From Terriglobia bacterium (lineage in GTDB: Bacteria; Acidobacteriota; Terriglobia; Acidiferrales; UBA7541), in the NCBI GenBank assembly GCA_963695545.1, contig OY968796.1, positions 1,696,001 through 1,760,000 of the forward strand: 64,000 nt of DNA, given 5' to 3'. The notes under the pieces were generated by a model. That model was given only the letters and a program-made list of their open reading frames with translations. It made no database searches and had not been told where the DNA came from. This document shows, in pieces, positions 29,308-38,965 of this stretch (positions are counted from its first letter, which is position 1; each line of letters opens with the position of its first letter). The position numbers and the translations under genes are program-made.

Positions 29308-29344
29308 CAACGACCGGCGCTGGGTCGCGCGCCGTTTCCTCGCT

Positions 29345-29388
29345 GTCATCCCGAGGAGTCCGCCGCGGCGGACGACGAGGGATCTGCT
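29345..29388. repeat. GTCATCC-type REP-like palindrome
   Basis: GTCATCCCGAGGAGTCCGCCGCGGCGGACGACGAGGGATCTGCT between convergent genes. Confidence 0.75.
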
Positions 29389-29482
29389 GTTCGGTTGCGC
29401 CGAATGCGATTGGGATGCGGAGTGGTGAGTGGCGAGTCAGCAGCCTAGCAAAATGTGCGCCCGTCTTGTGCAGCAAGAACCG

Positions 29483-30718
29483 TCAGGAAGCTTTTTGAGG
29501 CGCCGCGGATCCCGCGGGCGCCGTGCCGGCCTTCAGCAGATCGAGAGCCTTGCTGAACACCGCATCGTCCTTCGCCGGCAGTTGACCCGCCGCGAGCGGC
29601 GCGGGAGTCTCCACGTTTTCGTCGCTTTGGTCCGTCGGCGGAGCAACTTCAACCGTCGCGGGCACGCCGTCCTCGATGATCGCCTTGCCGTCCGGCGCGT
29701 AGTAGTACGCCACGGTCAGGATCAGCCCCGCGCCATCGTCCAGCGGAATTTCTTTCTGCTCGGAGGCCGAACCGAAAGTCCGCTCGCCGACCAGATCGCC
29801 GCGCTTATTTTCCCCAATCGCGGCGGCGAGCACTTCGGCCGCGCCCGACGTGCTGTCCGAAATCAGCACTTCGACCGGCCCGTGCCACACGACTTTATCC
29901 GGCGCCGCGTCGAAAACTTGCTTCTCGACGGTCTGTCCGCCGAGCGAGCCGATCTCTCCGCTCGAAAGAAACAGTTGCGCCGCCGCCACGCCTTCGGAAT
30001 CGGGGCCGGTCGAGCAATCGCGCAGATCGAGCACGAGTTTCTGCGCGCCCTGATGCTGCAGCTGCACGAGTTTCGCCGAAAGCTCCGCGGCCGTGCCCGC
30101 GTCGAGCGTCGGCAGACGCACGTAGGCTGTGTCGTCGGAGACTTTGTCGGCCGTCAGGTGCGGCACGTCGGTCACTGCGCGTGTCACTTCGATTTGCTGC
30201 GGCTCGGTCGCGCCACGCCGCACCACGTCCACTTTCACGGTCGTGCCCGGCGCGCCATCGAGCAGCAAGTAAGCTTGCGGCACCGACATATCGCGCGTCG
30301 CAAAGCCGCCGACTTCCTCAAGAATATCGCCGCTGCGCAACCCGGCCTTCTCGCCCGGCCCGCCCGGCAATTCAGAAACCACGATGATGTAGCCGTAGCG
30401 CTTGGAAAGCGTCAGCCCGGTCGAAGCGTGCGTGCCGCCCTTGGTGCGGTCGCGATAATCGGAATATTCCCGCGGACTCAGGTATGCCGATTGCGCGTCG
30501 AGCGACTCGAGCAAGCCGTGCAGCGAGCCCGCCGTGACCACTGGCAAATTCGGCTCGTCCACGTAATCTTCCTGAATGTGCTGCAGCACTTCGCCGTAAA
30601 CCGTCAGCGAGCGATAGGTTTTGTCGTCGTCGCTTTTCCCCAGCAGATAACCCAGGCCGGCGTAGCCGAACACAATGATCGAAAGGGTGACGACGACGGA
30701 CTTACCGAGGCGGCTCAT
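29483..30718 (-). CDS. S41 (CtpA-like) PDZ protease homologue, probably inactive
   Basis: PDZ (AGLRSGD), LVLDLR, LTVAYYYAPDG; catalytic motifs read TSGAAE and TFGSA. Confidence 0.88.
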   Translation of the reverse strand: MSRLGKSVVVTLSIIVFGYAGLGYLLGKSDDDKTYRSLTVYGEVLQHIQEDYVDEPNLPVVTAGSLHGLLESLDAQSAYLSPREYSDYRDRTKGGTHASTGLTLSKRYGYIIVVSELPGGPGEKAGLRSGDILEEVGGFATRDMSVPQAYLLLDGAPGTTVKVDVVRRGATEPQQIEVTRAVTDVPHLTADKVSDDTAYVRLPTLDAGTAAELSAKLVQLQHQGAQKLVLDLRDCSTGPDSEGVAAAQLFLSSGEIGSLGGQTVEKQVFDAAPDKVVWHGPVEVLISDSTSGAAEVLAAAIGENKRGDLVGERTFGSASEQKEIPLDDGAGLILTVAYYYAPDGKAIIEDGVPATVEVAPPTDQSDENVETPAPLAAGQLPAKDDAVFSKALDLLKAGTAPAGSAAPQKAS

Positions 30719-30875
30719 GAGTTCGCTCGCTTTCTGAGGCCGGTATTATAACACGCCTGCCGATCGCTTCGGATGCCTCCGGCGCAGCTCGCCGGGCGAA
30801 GTCTCCGCGGCGCGGAAAGTCGCTGGGGTTTGCCGATGAAGCCGCCGGCGGGGTCGCCGGAGAAGTCGCCGTCCT

Positions 30876-31877
30876 CTAAAGCAACGCGCTCCGTGCAGAT
30901 TGGCCAAGCGGATTTTCCGCCGGCGATACCCGCGTTAGGTACGTTTGTGAGATGCGGTCCTGCCAGCACAGGTGGTCTTCGTCCCACAGTGCCCACAGGT
31001 AACCAAGCATGAAGGTTCCCGCCGAAATCATGTAGCCGAAACTCCGCCACAGCATTTGCCGCGGCGTGGGCATGTCGCCGTCGAAGGACACCACGCGCAG
31101 CCCGCGCATCATCATCCCCGGCGTCGAGCCGCCGAACACCGTGAAGAGCATGAAGTATTGCGCGTAAAAAAGTCCTAGCGTCGCGACGGCGATCGCCGCG
31201 TCCATACGTGTCAGCGTGAATCGCCCGCCCAGCGCGCAGAACAGCGCCAGAATTCCCCCGAATGTAAACAACAGCACCACTGCGTCGAGCACTGCCGCGA
31301 TGCGCCGATCCGCCAGCGAAGCCACGGGGCGCAGCATTTGCGCGCCGCTCGATTCCAGAGCGCCGATCCGCGCCGCGCTCTGCCGCGCAGCGCCGTCCCA
31401 ATCCAGATTCGGCTGCTCAATGGAAATCTCTACGCGCGTGTTGCCGTTGCTCGCGCTCGCGTTGCGCTCCGCGCGGGCACGCGCTCCCGGCGATTGCACC
31501 GCCGGCGACGGCGGCAGCCAATCCACCGGCCCATCGCCGGCCCCGCGGTCCGCATCAATCTCTCGTTCCGCCTCCGCCGTGCGCGCGGAAGCAAATGGCA
31601 GCGCCGTCTGCCCTTCCGGTTGCCGCAAAGTGCGGCGACGAACTCTGTAAGCTGCAAGCCGTGAGTGAACTTCCCGCTGCCAATCGTGCTCGATGGCCAG
31701 ATTGCCGTCGGTCGGCGCCACTTCGACCGCGGTTCGCCGCGCCGGCGCAGACACGGACGCAGGCGCGGATGCGCGCACGGATCGCTCGGATGCCGGGCTC
31801 AGGCCAAAATCGCAGAAGCAGCAGGTCGCCGCCTGCTGTTCATTGAGGGCGCCACATTGCGGACAGGTTCTTATCAA
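30876..31877 (-). CDS. RDD-family membrane protein with N-terminal zinc ribbon
   Basis: CPQC..CCFC; RIAAVLD, TPGM..GLRVV, WQDRISQT. Confidence 0.85.
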   Translation of the reverse strand: MIRTCPQCGALNEQQAATCCFCDFGLSPASERSVRASAPASVSAPARRTAVEVAPTDGNLAIEHDWQREVHSRLAAYRVRRRTLRQPEGQTALPFASARTAEAEREIDADRGAGDGPVDWLPPSPAVQSPGARARAERNASASNGNTRVEISIEQPNLDWDGAARQSAARIGALESSGAQMLRPVASLADRRIAAVLDAVVLLFTFGGILALFCALGGRFTLTRMDAAIAVATLGLFYAQYFMLFTVFGGSTPGMMMRGLRVVSFDGDMPTPRQMLWRSFGYMISAGTFMLGYLWALWDEDHLCWQDRISQTYLTRVSPAENPLGQSARSALL

Positions 31878-32118
31878 TCGTCGTTTTGCGCTGCGGGCGC
31901 TCTACGAGACTCGTGCATTTTAGCAGCGATCCTCGCGCCGCCCAGCGCCGATGCGCGCCGTGTCGCCAATCGAACAACCCTCCGCGATCTGAACATCCCA
32001 CCCCCAATCGCGGGCATCTTCTCGGGCAACGCGGAATACTTGCGGAGCGCAGCGGCTCCGTTGTCAGCCCCATGGGGGAATGCTAGGCTAACCAACTGCT
32101 TTGCGCGGCGCACATGCC

Positions 32119-34488
32119 ATGAGCGGCACCACGAAATTTTTCAAGCACGCGGCGGCGTTGGCTCTGCTCGTTTTCTGCGCCGCGGTCGCGCGCGCTGAGG
32201 CGTCGCAGGTCCGCGTGGTCACCGGCGACCAGGTCGTGCAGCTCCAGGCCGACCAGCAGCGCCGATCCGGCAATGTTTTCATCGCCGATGGTCACGTGGA
32301 GATCGATTACGGCGACGTGGTTCTGCACGCCGATCACGCCGAGTACAACTCCGACACCTACGTGGTCACCGCCACTGGCCACGTGGTCCTCGACCAGGAA
32401 ACTCAACACGTCGAATCCGATCGCGGCACCTACAACCTGAAAACCGCCGTCGGCCATTTTGAAAACGTCCACGGCTCGGTGCACATTGAGCGCCGCCCGA
32501 GTAACAACATTCTGATCACGCCGAATCCGCTGGTGTTTCAAGCCGACACTGTCGATCGCCTTGACGAGCGCACCTACGTGCTCCACCGCGCCTGGATCAC
32601 CGTGTGCGCGCCCGATCGCCCGGTCTGGAAATTTTTTGCCGCGCAAGCCACGCTTCACGTGGATGATAAAGTCGTCCTGGTCAACGCCAATTTCCGATTG
32701 TTTCGCGTGCCGCTGATTTATTTGCCCTACGCCACCGCGCCCGCCGGAGTGAAAAATCGCCAGTCCGGTTTCCTGATTCCCACCGTCGGCAACAGTTCCA
32801 TCAAAGGCTTCGAGTTCGGCGACGCCTATTACTGGGCGCCCAACGATTGGTCGGATCTCACCGCCGCCGCCGAACTTCTCAGCCTGCGCGGCTGGCAGCA
32901 GAACGTCGAATTCCGCGCGCGCCCCGCCGGCGACGTTTCGCTCACCGCCACGTATTTCGGCGTCGTCGATCGCGAAGGCCAGGGCGGCCACAAACTCAGC
33001 ATCTCCTTTAACGCGCAGCTCGCGCACGGCTGGCACGTGGTCACCGATATCAACACCCTGAGTTCGCTCACGTTTCAACTCGTTTTCGCGCCCACCTTCG
33101 GCGAGGCCGTCGTTTCCGAAGTCCCCACCAGCGTCTTCGTCACCAATAATTCCGGCGGCTTCAGCTTCAACGTCGCCGCCAACGACTACAAGGATTTTCT
33201 CAGCGTGCCCAGCACCAACTATCCTCTTGAGCCGCAGACCTCCATCGATCTGCGCAGCGCGCCCGAAGCCCGCTTTTCCTCGGTCGATCGCGCGCCCTGG
33301 CGGAACTGGCCGATTTATTTCGGCTTTGACGCTTTCGGCGGCGCGGCCGGCCGCAGCGATTCCTGCACGCCCACTTCGACGGGCCCCGGGGGCTGCGTAA
33401 CCTTCCCGAATTTTTCGTCGCCGGCCATGGTCCAGCGCGATATGTTCTCTCCGCGCGTCACCGTGCCGCTGCGCTGGGGTCCGTGGCTCGGCCTCACCAC
33501 CAGCTACGCCGTGCGCCTGATGCGCTACGGCTCCCAGCAGACGGACGACGTTCTCCTCGGCCGCTCACTCCTCGAGACCACCGGCGAACTCGCCGTGAAT
33601 CTCCGTCCGCCCTCGTTCGAGCGCGTTTTCTCCACCGGCAACACCAAATGGAAGCACACCATTGAGCCCGACGTCACCTATCGCTATGTCAATGGCGTCG
33701 ACGATTTCCAGAACATCATCCGCTTCGATGAAGAAGACACCATCACGGACACAAGCGAAGTGGATTATTCCCTCACGCAGCGGCTCTATCGCAAAGTTGG
33801 CAACGCCCAAGCCGAAGATTTCATCACCTGGCGCCTCGAGGAAAAATATTATTTCGATCCCACTTTCGGCGGAGCGCTGGTTCCCGGCGCGCGCAATGTT
33901 TTTGCCGCGCTCGATTCGGTCACGCCGTTTGCCTTCGCCGATACGCCGCGCCGCTATTCCCCCGTCGTCAGTGATATCGTGGTCTCTCCCGGCGGCCCCT
34001 TCGACGCCGAGCTGCGCACCGATTACGATCCGCAGCAGGGCCGCTTCACCACCACCGGCCTCACCGTGAAGGCTCACCCCTACAAGCTGCTCACCGCCAC
34101 GCTCGCCGAATTCGCCATCCACAACGATCCCATCGCCTGCCTCGAAGACAACACGTCGTCCGGAGGTTCCGGCGATCCCGCGGAAACCTCCACGACGTGC
34201 TCTTTTCTCCAGCCTGCGGAAAATCAGTTGCGCATGCTCGTCGGCTATGGCGATTTAAATCGCCGCGGTTGGAACGCCTCCGTCGGCTATAGCTACGATT
34301 TCCGTTTGAATGAAGTGCAGGACGAGCTCGTGCAGCTCAGCTACAACGGTTCCTGCTGCGGCCTCTCCGTCGAGTACGCCCGCCTCGCTCTCGGCTCCCT
34401 GCGCACTGAAAATCAGTTCCGCGTGGCCCTGGTAATCGCCAACATCGGCACCTTCGGCAACCTCCGCCGCCAGGACAAAATCTACTAG
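32119..34488 (+). CDS. lptD: LPS-assembly outer-membrane protein
   Basis: OstA-like N-terminus (ADQQ, GHVEI, ADHAEY), ITVC, RQSGFLIP, YYWA, KHTIEP, C-terminal SCCG. Confidence 0.9.
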   Translation: MSGTTKFFKHAAALALLVFCAAVARAEASQVRVVTGDQVVQLQADQQRRSGNVFIADGHVEIDYGDVVLHADHAEYNSDTYVVTATGHVVLDQETQHVESDRGTYNLKTAVGHFENVHGSVHIERRPSNNILITPNPLVFQADTVDRLDERTYVLHRAWITVCAPDRPVWKFFAAQATLHVDDKVVLVNANFRLFRVPLIYLPYATAPAGVKNRQSGFLIPTVGNSSIKGFEFGDAYYWAPNDWSDLTAAAELLSLRGWQQNVEFRARPAGDVSLTATYFGVVDREGQGGHKLSISFNAQLAHGWHVVTDINTLSSLTFQLVFAPTFGEAVVSEVPTSVFVTNNSGGFSFNVAANDYKDFLSVPSTNYPLEPQTSIDLRSAPEARFSSVDRAPWRNWPIYFGFDAFGGAAGRSDSCTPTSTGPGGCVTFPNFSSPAMVQRDMFSPRVTVPLRWGPWLGLTTSYAVRLMRYGSQQTDDVLLGRSLLETTGELAVNLRPPSFERVFSTGNTKWKHTIEPDVTYRYVNGVDDFQNIIRFDEEDTITDTSEVDYSLTQRLYRKVGNAQAEDFITWRLEEKYYFDPTFGGALVPGARNVFAALDSVTPFAFADTPRRYSPVVSDIVVSPGGPFDAELRTDYDPQQGRFTTTGLTVKAHPYKLLTATLAEFAIHNDPIACLEDNTSSGGSGDPAETSTTCSFLQPAENQLRMLVGYGDLNRRGWNASVGYSYDFRLNEVQDELVQLSYNGSCCGLSVEYARLALGSLRTENQFRVALVIANIGTFGNLRRQDKIY

Positions 34489-34511
34489 CCCCGCGCGTTG
34501 GTCGATGCCTT

Positions 34512-34815
34512 TGGAGGGGCGGATATTGTCTCCGCCTTGGCCGTGCGAATTTGTAGCGGAGGCCTTCAGGCCTCCATCTTTGCGCTCTCGGATCGCAATC
34601 GCCGCTAACGCCCCCTCATTTCTCGCGACACGCCACTCGTCTCTCGCCACTTTCCTAATGCCGTCATTCTGAGCGAAGTCCCGACGCCCGGCCTTTCTGT
34701 CCGCGCCGCGCGGACAGGTCGGGACGCAGTCGAAGAATCCCTCTTCGTCTTCGCACCCCGCCGCAATCCCCGTTAACCCTCCGCCCGCCTTGACCGTGCG
34801 AATTCGTGGCGCAGG
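34512..34815. repeat. Cluster of REP-like palindromes
   Basis: GTAGCGGAGGCCTTCAGGCCTCC at 34552; GTCATTCTGAGC...GAAGAATCCC at 34662-34741; direct repeat CCTTGRCCGTGCGAATTYGTRGCG at 34535 and 34788. Confidence 0.8.
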
Positions 34816-34820
34816 TCTTT

Positions 34821-35204
34821 TGTGGAAACTGTTTCGAATACTTATTTATTACTTGACACTATAATTTAATTCTGCTATCCTTCCGCATGTTCGCCCGCAA
34901 TCCATTCGAATGGTTGCCCTCCCTGACTTTTCCCGGCCTCGCCCCAGCATTTGCGCGCATCCGTTTGCACCCGAAACCGCTTTCCTCGCCCCGACAAATC
35001 CTTGATTTTCAAAAACATCCGCACTCTTATGTCAAAAAGCGCCCCTCTAAAGCACCTATTTTCAGTCAATTGCAAAAGAGTGCGCATCTCATTGAAACTA
35101 TTAATTATCAAGTGCCCTGTTTTCACATTCATCCGCACTCTTTCCCTGCAAACCCTTTGATTACATCATTTTACACTTTTGGTACCGGGGGTGGATGGAG
35201 GGGT
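34821..35204 (+). repeat. Dispersed promoter-bearing element, copy 3
   Basis: TGTGGAAA..TTTCGAATACTT..TTGACA-N17-TATCCT-N5-ATGTTCGCCC; same core and G-run end as copy 2. Confidence 0.9.
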
Positions 35205-35427
35205 AACTCGAAGGTTAACGGCCAGACCGCCCTCCAGCGACCATCGCGAGCCCAATTAAGGCCGATGTCGCCAGGATGCGGGCGGCACATATCGCACGTC
35301 CGCGGCGCGACGCAACTTTCGCGCCGCCTGTGCGCGCCCGCCCTCTTGTGCGAGAATGACTTGTTTTGGCGCGCTGGCTGTGGCGAGTGGTTCGCCGCGG
35401 AGAATTTTCGGGGAGCACGTTCTCACC

Positions 35428-36333
35428 ATGCGAGTCTCGATTTTTGCGGCGCTGATCGCGGGACTGATTTCGTTCCTCTCGCCCTGCGTCCTGCCGCTTG
35501 TGCCGGGGTACATCTCGATGCTCTCGGGCATCGGCGTCGAGCAATTGCAACGCGGCGAAAAACCGCGCGGCAGTTTGCTCGCGTCGGCTGTGGCCTTCGT
35601 CGCCGGGTTTTCGCTGGTGTTCATCGGCTTCGGAGCCTCGGCCAGCGCGGTGGGCCAATTTCTGGTGCGCAACAAAGACGTTCTGGGTCCGGTGGCCGGC
35701 GTGCTGATTCTGATGTTCGGTCTGCACCTGATCGGCTGGTTGGGCAAGATCGATATCGGCGCGGGCCTGGCCATCGGCGGCACGCTTCTGGTGTGCGGCG
35801 CATTCCTGTACGGCCGGCACGGCACGGCAACGATTGGTCCCGGCGGCGTGATCGGCGGAATTCCGTTCGCCGCGCTCTCCATCATCTTTCTACTCGGTCC
35901 GCGGCTCGCCATTTGGCTCAATCGCGATGTGCATTTCCGCCAGCTTGGTTCGAGCGGCGAGCAATCCTCTTCAGCCGGACCGTTCGCCGGAGTCGCGAGC
36001 GGATTCCTGCTGGGCTTTGCCTTCGCGTTCGGCTGGACGCCGTGCATCGGTCCGATTTTGGCGAGCGTTCTGGCGATGGCCGCCGCCAGCCAAACGGTTG
36101 GCCGCGGAATTTTCCTTCTGGCCGTTTATTCCGCGGGCCTCGCGATTCCGTTTCTGGTTACGGCGCTGGCGCTCAACAGTTTTCTGCGTTTCTACCAGCG
36201 CTTTCGCCGCTATCTGCACGCCGTCGAAGTCTCGAGCGGCGCGCTGCTGCTCCTCGTGGGCGGCCTGATTTTCTTCGATCGCTTGACCTGGCTATCGGGT
36301 AAACTGAGCTTTCTGAATCGATTTGTGCGCTAA
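35428..36333 (+). CDS. ccdA: CcdA-type transmembrane electron transporter
   Basis: [12 protein letters not shown] and [18 protein letters not shown]. Confidence 0.92.
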   Translation: MRVSIFAALIAGLISFLSPCVLPLVPGYISMLSGIGVEQLQRGEKPRGSLLASAVAFVAGFSLVFIGFGASASAVGQFLVRNKDVLGPVAGVLILMFGLHLIGWLGKIDIGAGLAIGGTLLVCGAFLYGRHGTATIGPGGVIGGIPFAALSIIFLLGPRLAIWLNRDVHFRQLGSSGEQSSSAGPFAGVASGFLLGFAFAFGWTPCIGPILASVLAMAAASQTVGRGIFLLAVYSAGLAIPFLVTALALNSFLRFYQRFRRYLHAVEVSSGALLLLVGGLIFFDRLTWLSGKLSFLNRFVR

Positions 36334-36346
36334 GGACGCGCCCGCT

Positions 36347-36928
36347 ATGCGAAAAACAATCGTGGTACTCGTGATCGTCGTCGCGCTCGTCACCCTGACA
36401 GCCTGGGCGAACCGCAAATGGCCCGCGGACGACGCGCAGGCGGCCCAGCAGCAAATCGCGCCCGCCGATTCCGCGCCGATCGGTTCCGATGACGCCGCGC
36501 TGCAAACCTTGCAGCTCGTCGACGTCAATGGAAAGCCGGTGACGCTCTCCGATTATCGCGGCAAGGTGGTTCTGGTCGATTTCTGGGCCACCTGGTGCGA
36601 GCCATGCAAAATCGAAACTCCCTGGCTGATCGACTTCCAGCAGAAATACGGTTCGCGCGGCTTCGTGATACTCGGCGTGGCTATGGATGAAGAAGGCGCG
36701 AAAATTGTCGCGCCCTATGTCGCCAGCACGCAGTTCGACGTCAACGGCCAGAAAGAAACCATGAATTACCGCATCCTGCTCGGCACCGACGATATCGCCG
36801 ATAAATTCGGCGGCGTCGAAGGCTACCCGACCGGCATGCTGTTTACGCGTGACGGCCGGAAAGTCAAAACGCTGATCGGTCTCGAAGATTACGACGAGAT
36901 GGATAAGGACATTCAGAGCCTGCTGTAG
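36347..36928 (+). CDS. TlpA/ResA-family thiol-disulfide oxidoreductase
   Basis: N-terminal anchor, FWATWCEPC, GYPT. Confidence 0.92.
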   Translation: MRKTIVVLVIVVALVTLTAWANRKWPADDAQAAQQQIAPADSAPIGSDDAALQTLQLVDVNGKPVTLSDYRGKVVLVDFWATWCEPCKIETPWLIDFQQKYGSRGFVILGVAMDEEGAKIVAPYVASTQFDVNGQKETMNYRILLGTDDIADKFGGVEGYPTGMLFTRDGRKVKTLIGLEDYDEMDKDIQSLL

Positions 36929-37023
36929 TTGGGACTTGCTGTAGTTTGTTCGGGTCTGGCGCGCGCTCGGCAGATTGATTTGGGTCGGCCTGACGATCGT
37001 CGAATTTGTTTCGCCATGCAGCG

Positions 37024-38148
37024 CTAAAGAATTTCGGCCGCGAGCGACGCCACGCGCTCCGCAATCGCCAGCGCGGACGTGAGGCCCGGCGATTCGATGC
37101 CGATCAGTTGAATCATGCGCGGCACTTCCTGGTCCGGCGCGATCACGAAGTCGGCCATGCCGGGATCGCCCGGCGGCAAAAGCTTGGCGCGAATTCCCGA
37201 GTGCGCCAGGCGCAGATCGTTCACCGTGATTTCCGGCAGCAACGGTTTCGCGGCGCGGGCGAATTCTTCCACGGGATGCCGATTGCGCTCGTAATCGTTT
37301 TTGTCGTCGATGTAATCCGCCGTCGGCCCGACCCACAGCGCGCCCGAGGTCGTCTTGGTGAGATGCATGCCGAGCGTGACGCCGGCCTGATGCGGCACCG
37401 GATACACCAGCGCGCGCACCAGATCGGCTTTTTCGCGCACCACTTCGCAGTATTCGCCGCGCACCGGATAAATTCGGTAGCGGTGATTGCCGATGAGCGC
37501 GGCGACTTCGTCGGCGAACAATCCGGCGCAGTTGATGACGCAAAGCGCTTCGACGGTTTCTTCCGTGAGGTCGGGCGCTTCGCCGATCGCGATGTGCGCG
37601 CGAATCGCATCGGAGCCGGGCTCAAGCGCGGTGACCCGCGCGCGGGTCAGCAGGCTCGCGCCCCGCTCGGTGGCCTGGCGCGCGTACGCTTTGAGCAATT
37701 CTTCCGCGTTGAGGATGCCGGTCGAAGGCACTTCCAGCGCCGCGACGGCTTCGATGTTCGGTTCGATCGCGCGAATTCGCGCGCGATCGATCAGGCGCAG
37801 CCCTTCGACGCCGTTCGTGCGGCCGGTTTCGCCGAGCGCTTCAAGCGCCGGCATTTCGTGTTCACTCGAGGCCACCACGAGTTTGCCGCAGGCAACATGC
37901 GGCACGCCGTGCGCCACGCAAAATTCGTGCGAGAGGCGATTGCCGCGAACGCAAAGGCTGGCCTTGAGCGAGCCCGGCGTGTAGTAAATGCCGGAATGGA
38001 TCACGCCGCTGTTTCGCGTGCTCGCTCCGGCGCCGAGTCGCGGCGCGCTTTCGACAAGGAACACGTCGCTCCACCGAGCCGCGAGTTCTCGCGCCACGGC
38101 GCAGCCCACCACGCCGCCCCCGATGACGAGTGCGTTGACTTGATCCAT
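37024..38148 (-). CDS. L-2-hydroxyglutarate-oxidase-like FAD oxidoreductase
   Basis: IGGGVVG, STRNSGVIHSGIYY, GIESPGLTSA. Confidence 0.88.
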   Translation of the reverse strand: MDQVNALVIGGGVVGCAVARELAARWSDVFLVESAPRLGAGASTRNSGVIHSGIYYTPGSLKASLCVRGNRLSHEFCVAHGVPHVACGKLVVASSEHEMPALEALGETGRTNGVEGLRLIDRARIRAIEPNIEAVAALEVPSTGILNAEELLKAYARQATERGASLLTRARVTALEPGSDAIRAHIAIGEAPDLTEETVEALCVINCAGLFADEVAALIGNHRYRIYPVRGEYCEVVREKADLVRALVYPVPHQAGVTLGMHLTKTTSGALWVGPTADYIDDKNDYERNRHPVEEFARAAKPLLPEITVNDLRLAHSGIRAKLLPPGDPGMADFVIAPDQEVPRMIQLIGIESPGLTSALAIAERVASLAAEIL

Positions 38149-38162
38149 GAAAAGTTCCGCGC

Positions 38163-38876
38163 TCAGCCCGGACCGAGCGGCAGAAAATATTGCGTGCCCT
38201 TGACTGGCTCCTGCAAGCGGCGCAGAAGCTGCTGCAAATCCTCGTTGCGATCAACGAAATCGATCTCGGAGGTATTCACGACGAGCAAATCGGAAGCGGA
38301 ATAGCGGAAGAAGAAATGCTCGTACGCGCGCACCACTTCTTCGATGTAGGAGCGCGAGATGCGTCCCTCCGACGGGGCGCGCTTTCGCGCGATGCGTTTC
38401 TGCAGGACTTCGGGCGTGGCCTGGAGATAAATCACCAGATCCGGCGCGCGCAATCCGGCGGTCACCATTGAGTAGTAGCGTTCGTAGAGTTGCAGATCGA
38501 CGTTGTCGAGATTGATGTAAGCGAAAATTTTGTCCTTCTCGAGCAGATAGTCCGCGACTACGGGGCCCGCGGGCGCATCGACCAGCGCGTCGCGCAGGCG
38601 CCGCTGCCGCTCCATCAAGAAATACATTTGCGCGCTAAACGCAGCGCCACCTTTTTCGCGGTAGAAATCGGCGAGGAAGGGATTGTCTTCGCAATCGAGA
38701 ATGCGCCGCGCGTGCATGCGATCGGCCAGAATCTGCGCCAGCGTAGACTTGCCCACGCGCAGCGGTCCTTCCACCGCGATGAAACGCGGCGCTTCAAACG
38801 CAGGCGGCTTCGCGGGCGTGGGCAGCTTTGGAAATCTCTGCAGTTTCGGCGGCGCGGGCTTCCGGGGACGCGGCAT
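38163..38876 (-). CDS. Deoxynucleoside kinase
   Basis: IAVEGPLRVGKST, NPFL..FY, QMYFL..R, PDLVIYL. Confidence 0.9.
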   Translation of the reverse strand: MPRPRKPAPPKLQRFPKLPTPAKPPAFEAPRFIAVEGPLRVGKSTLAQILADRMHARRILDCEDNPFLADFYREKGGAAFSAQMYFLMERQRRLRDALVDAPAGPVVADYLLEKDKIFAYINLDNVDLQLYERYYSMVTAGLRAPDLVIYLQATPEVLQKRIARKRAPSEGRISRSYIEEVVRAYEHFFFRYSASDLLVVNTSEIDFVDRNEDLQQLLRRLQEPVKGTQYFLPLGPG

Positions 38877-38965
38877 GTCCGGCGATTATAGCCCGAACGC
38901 CGCTCGCGCCGAATATCGACAAATCGAGCGGAGCAAATCGAGACGAGACGGACCGCTCCGCGCGA

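Noticed and set aside
34887..36302. 471-aa ORF, and the related ORFs 27977..28390 and 12628..13770
   Set aside because: They start inside the dispersed repeat and run out of frame over real genes; frame and stop are not conserved between copies.
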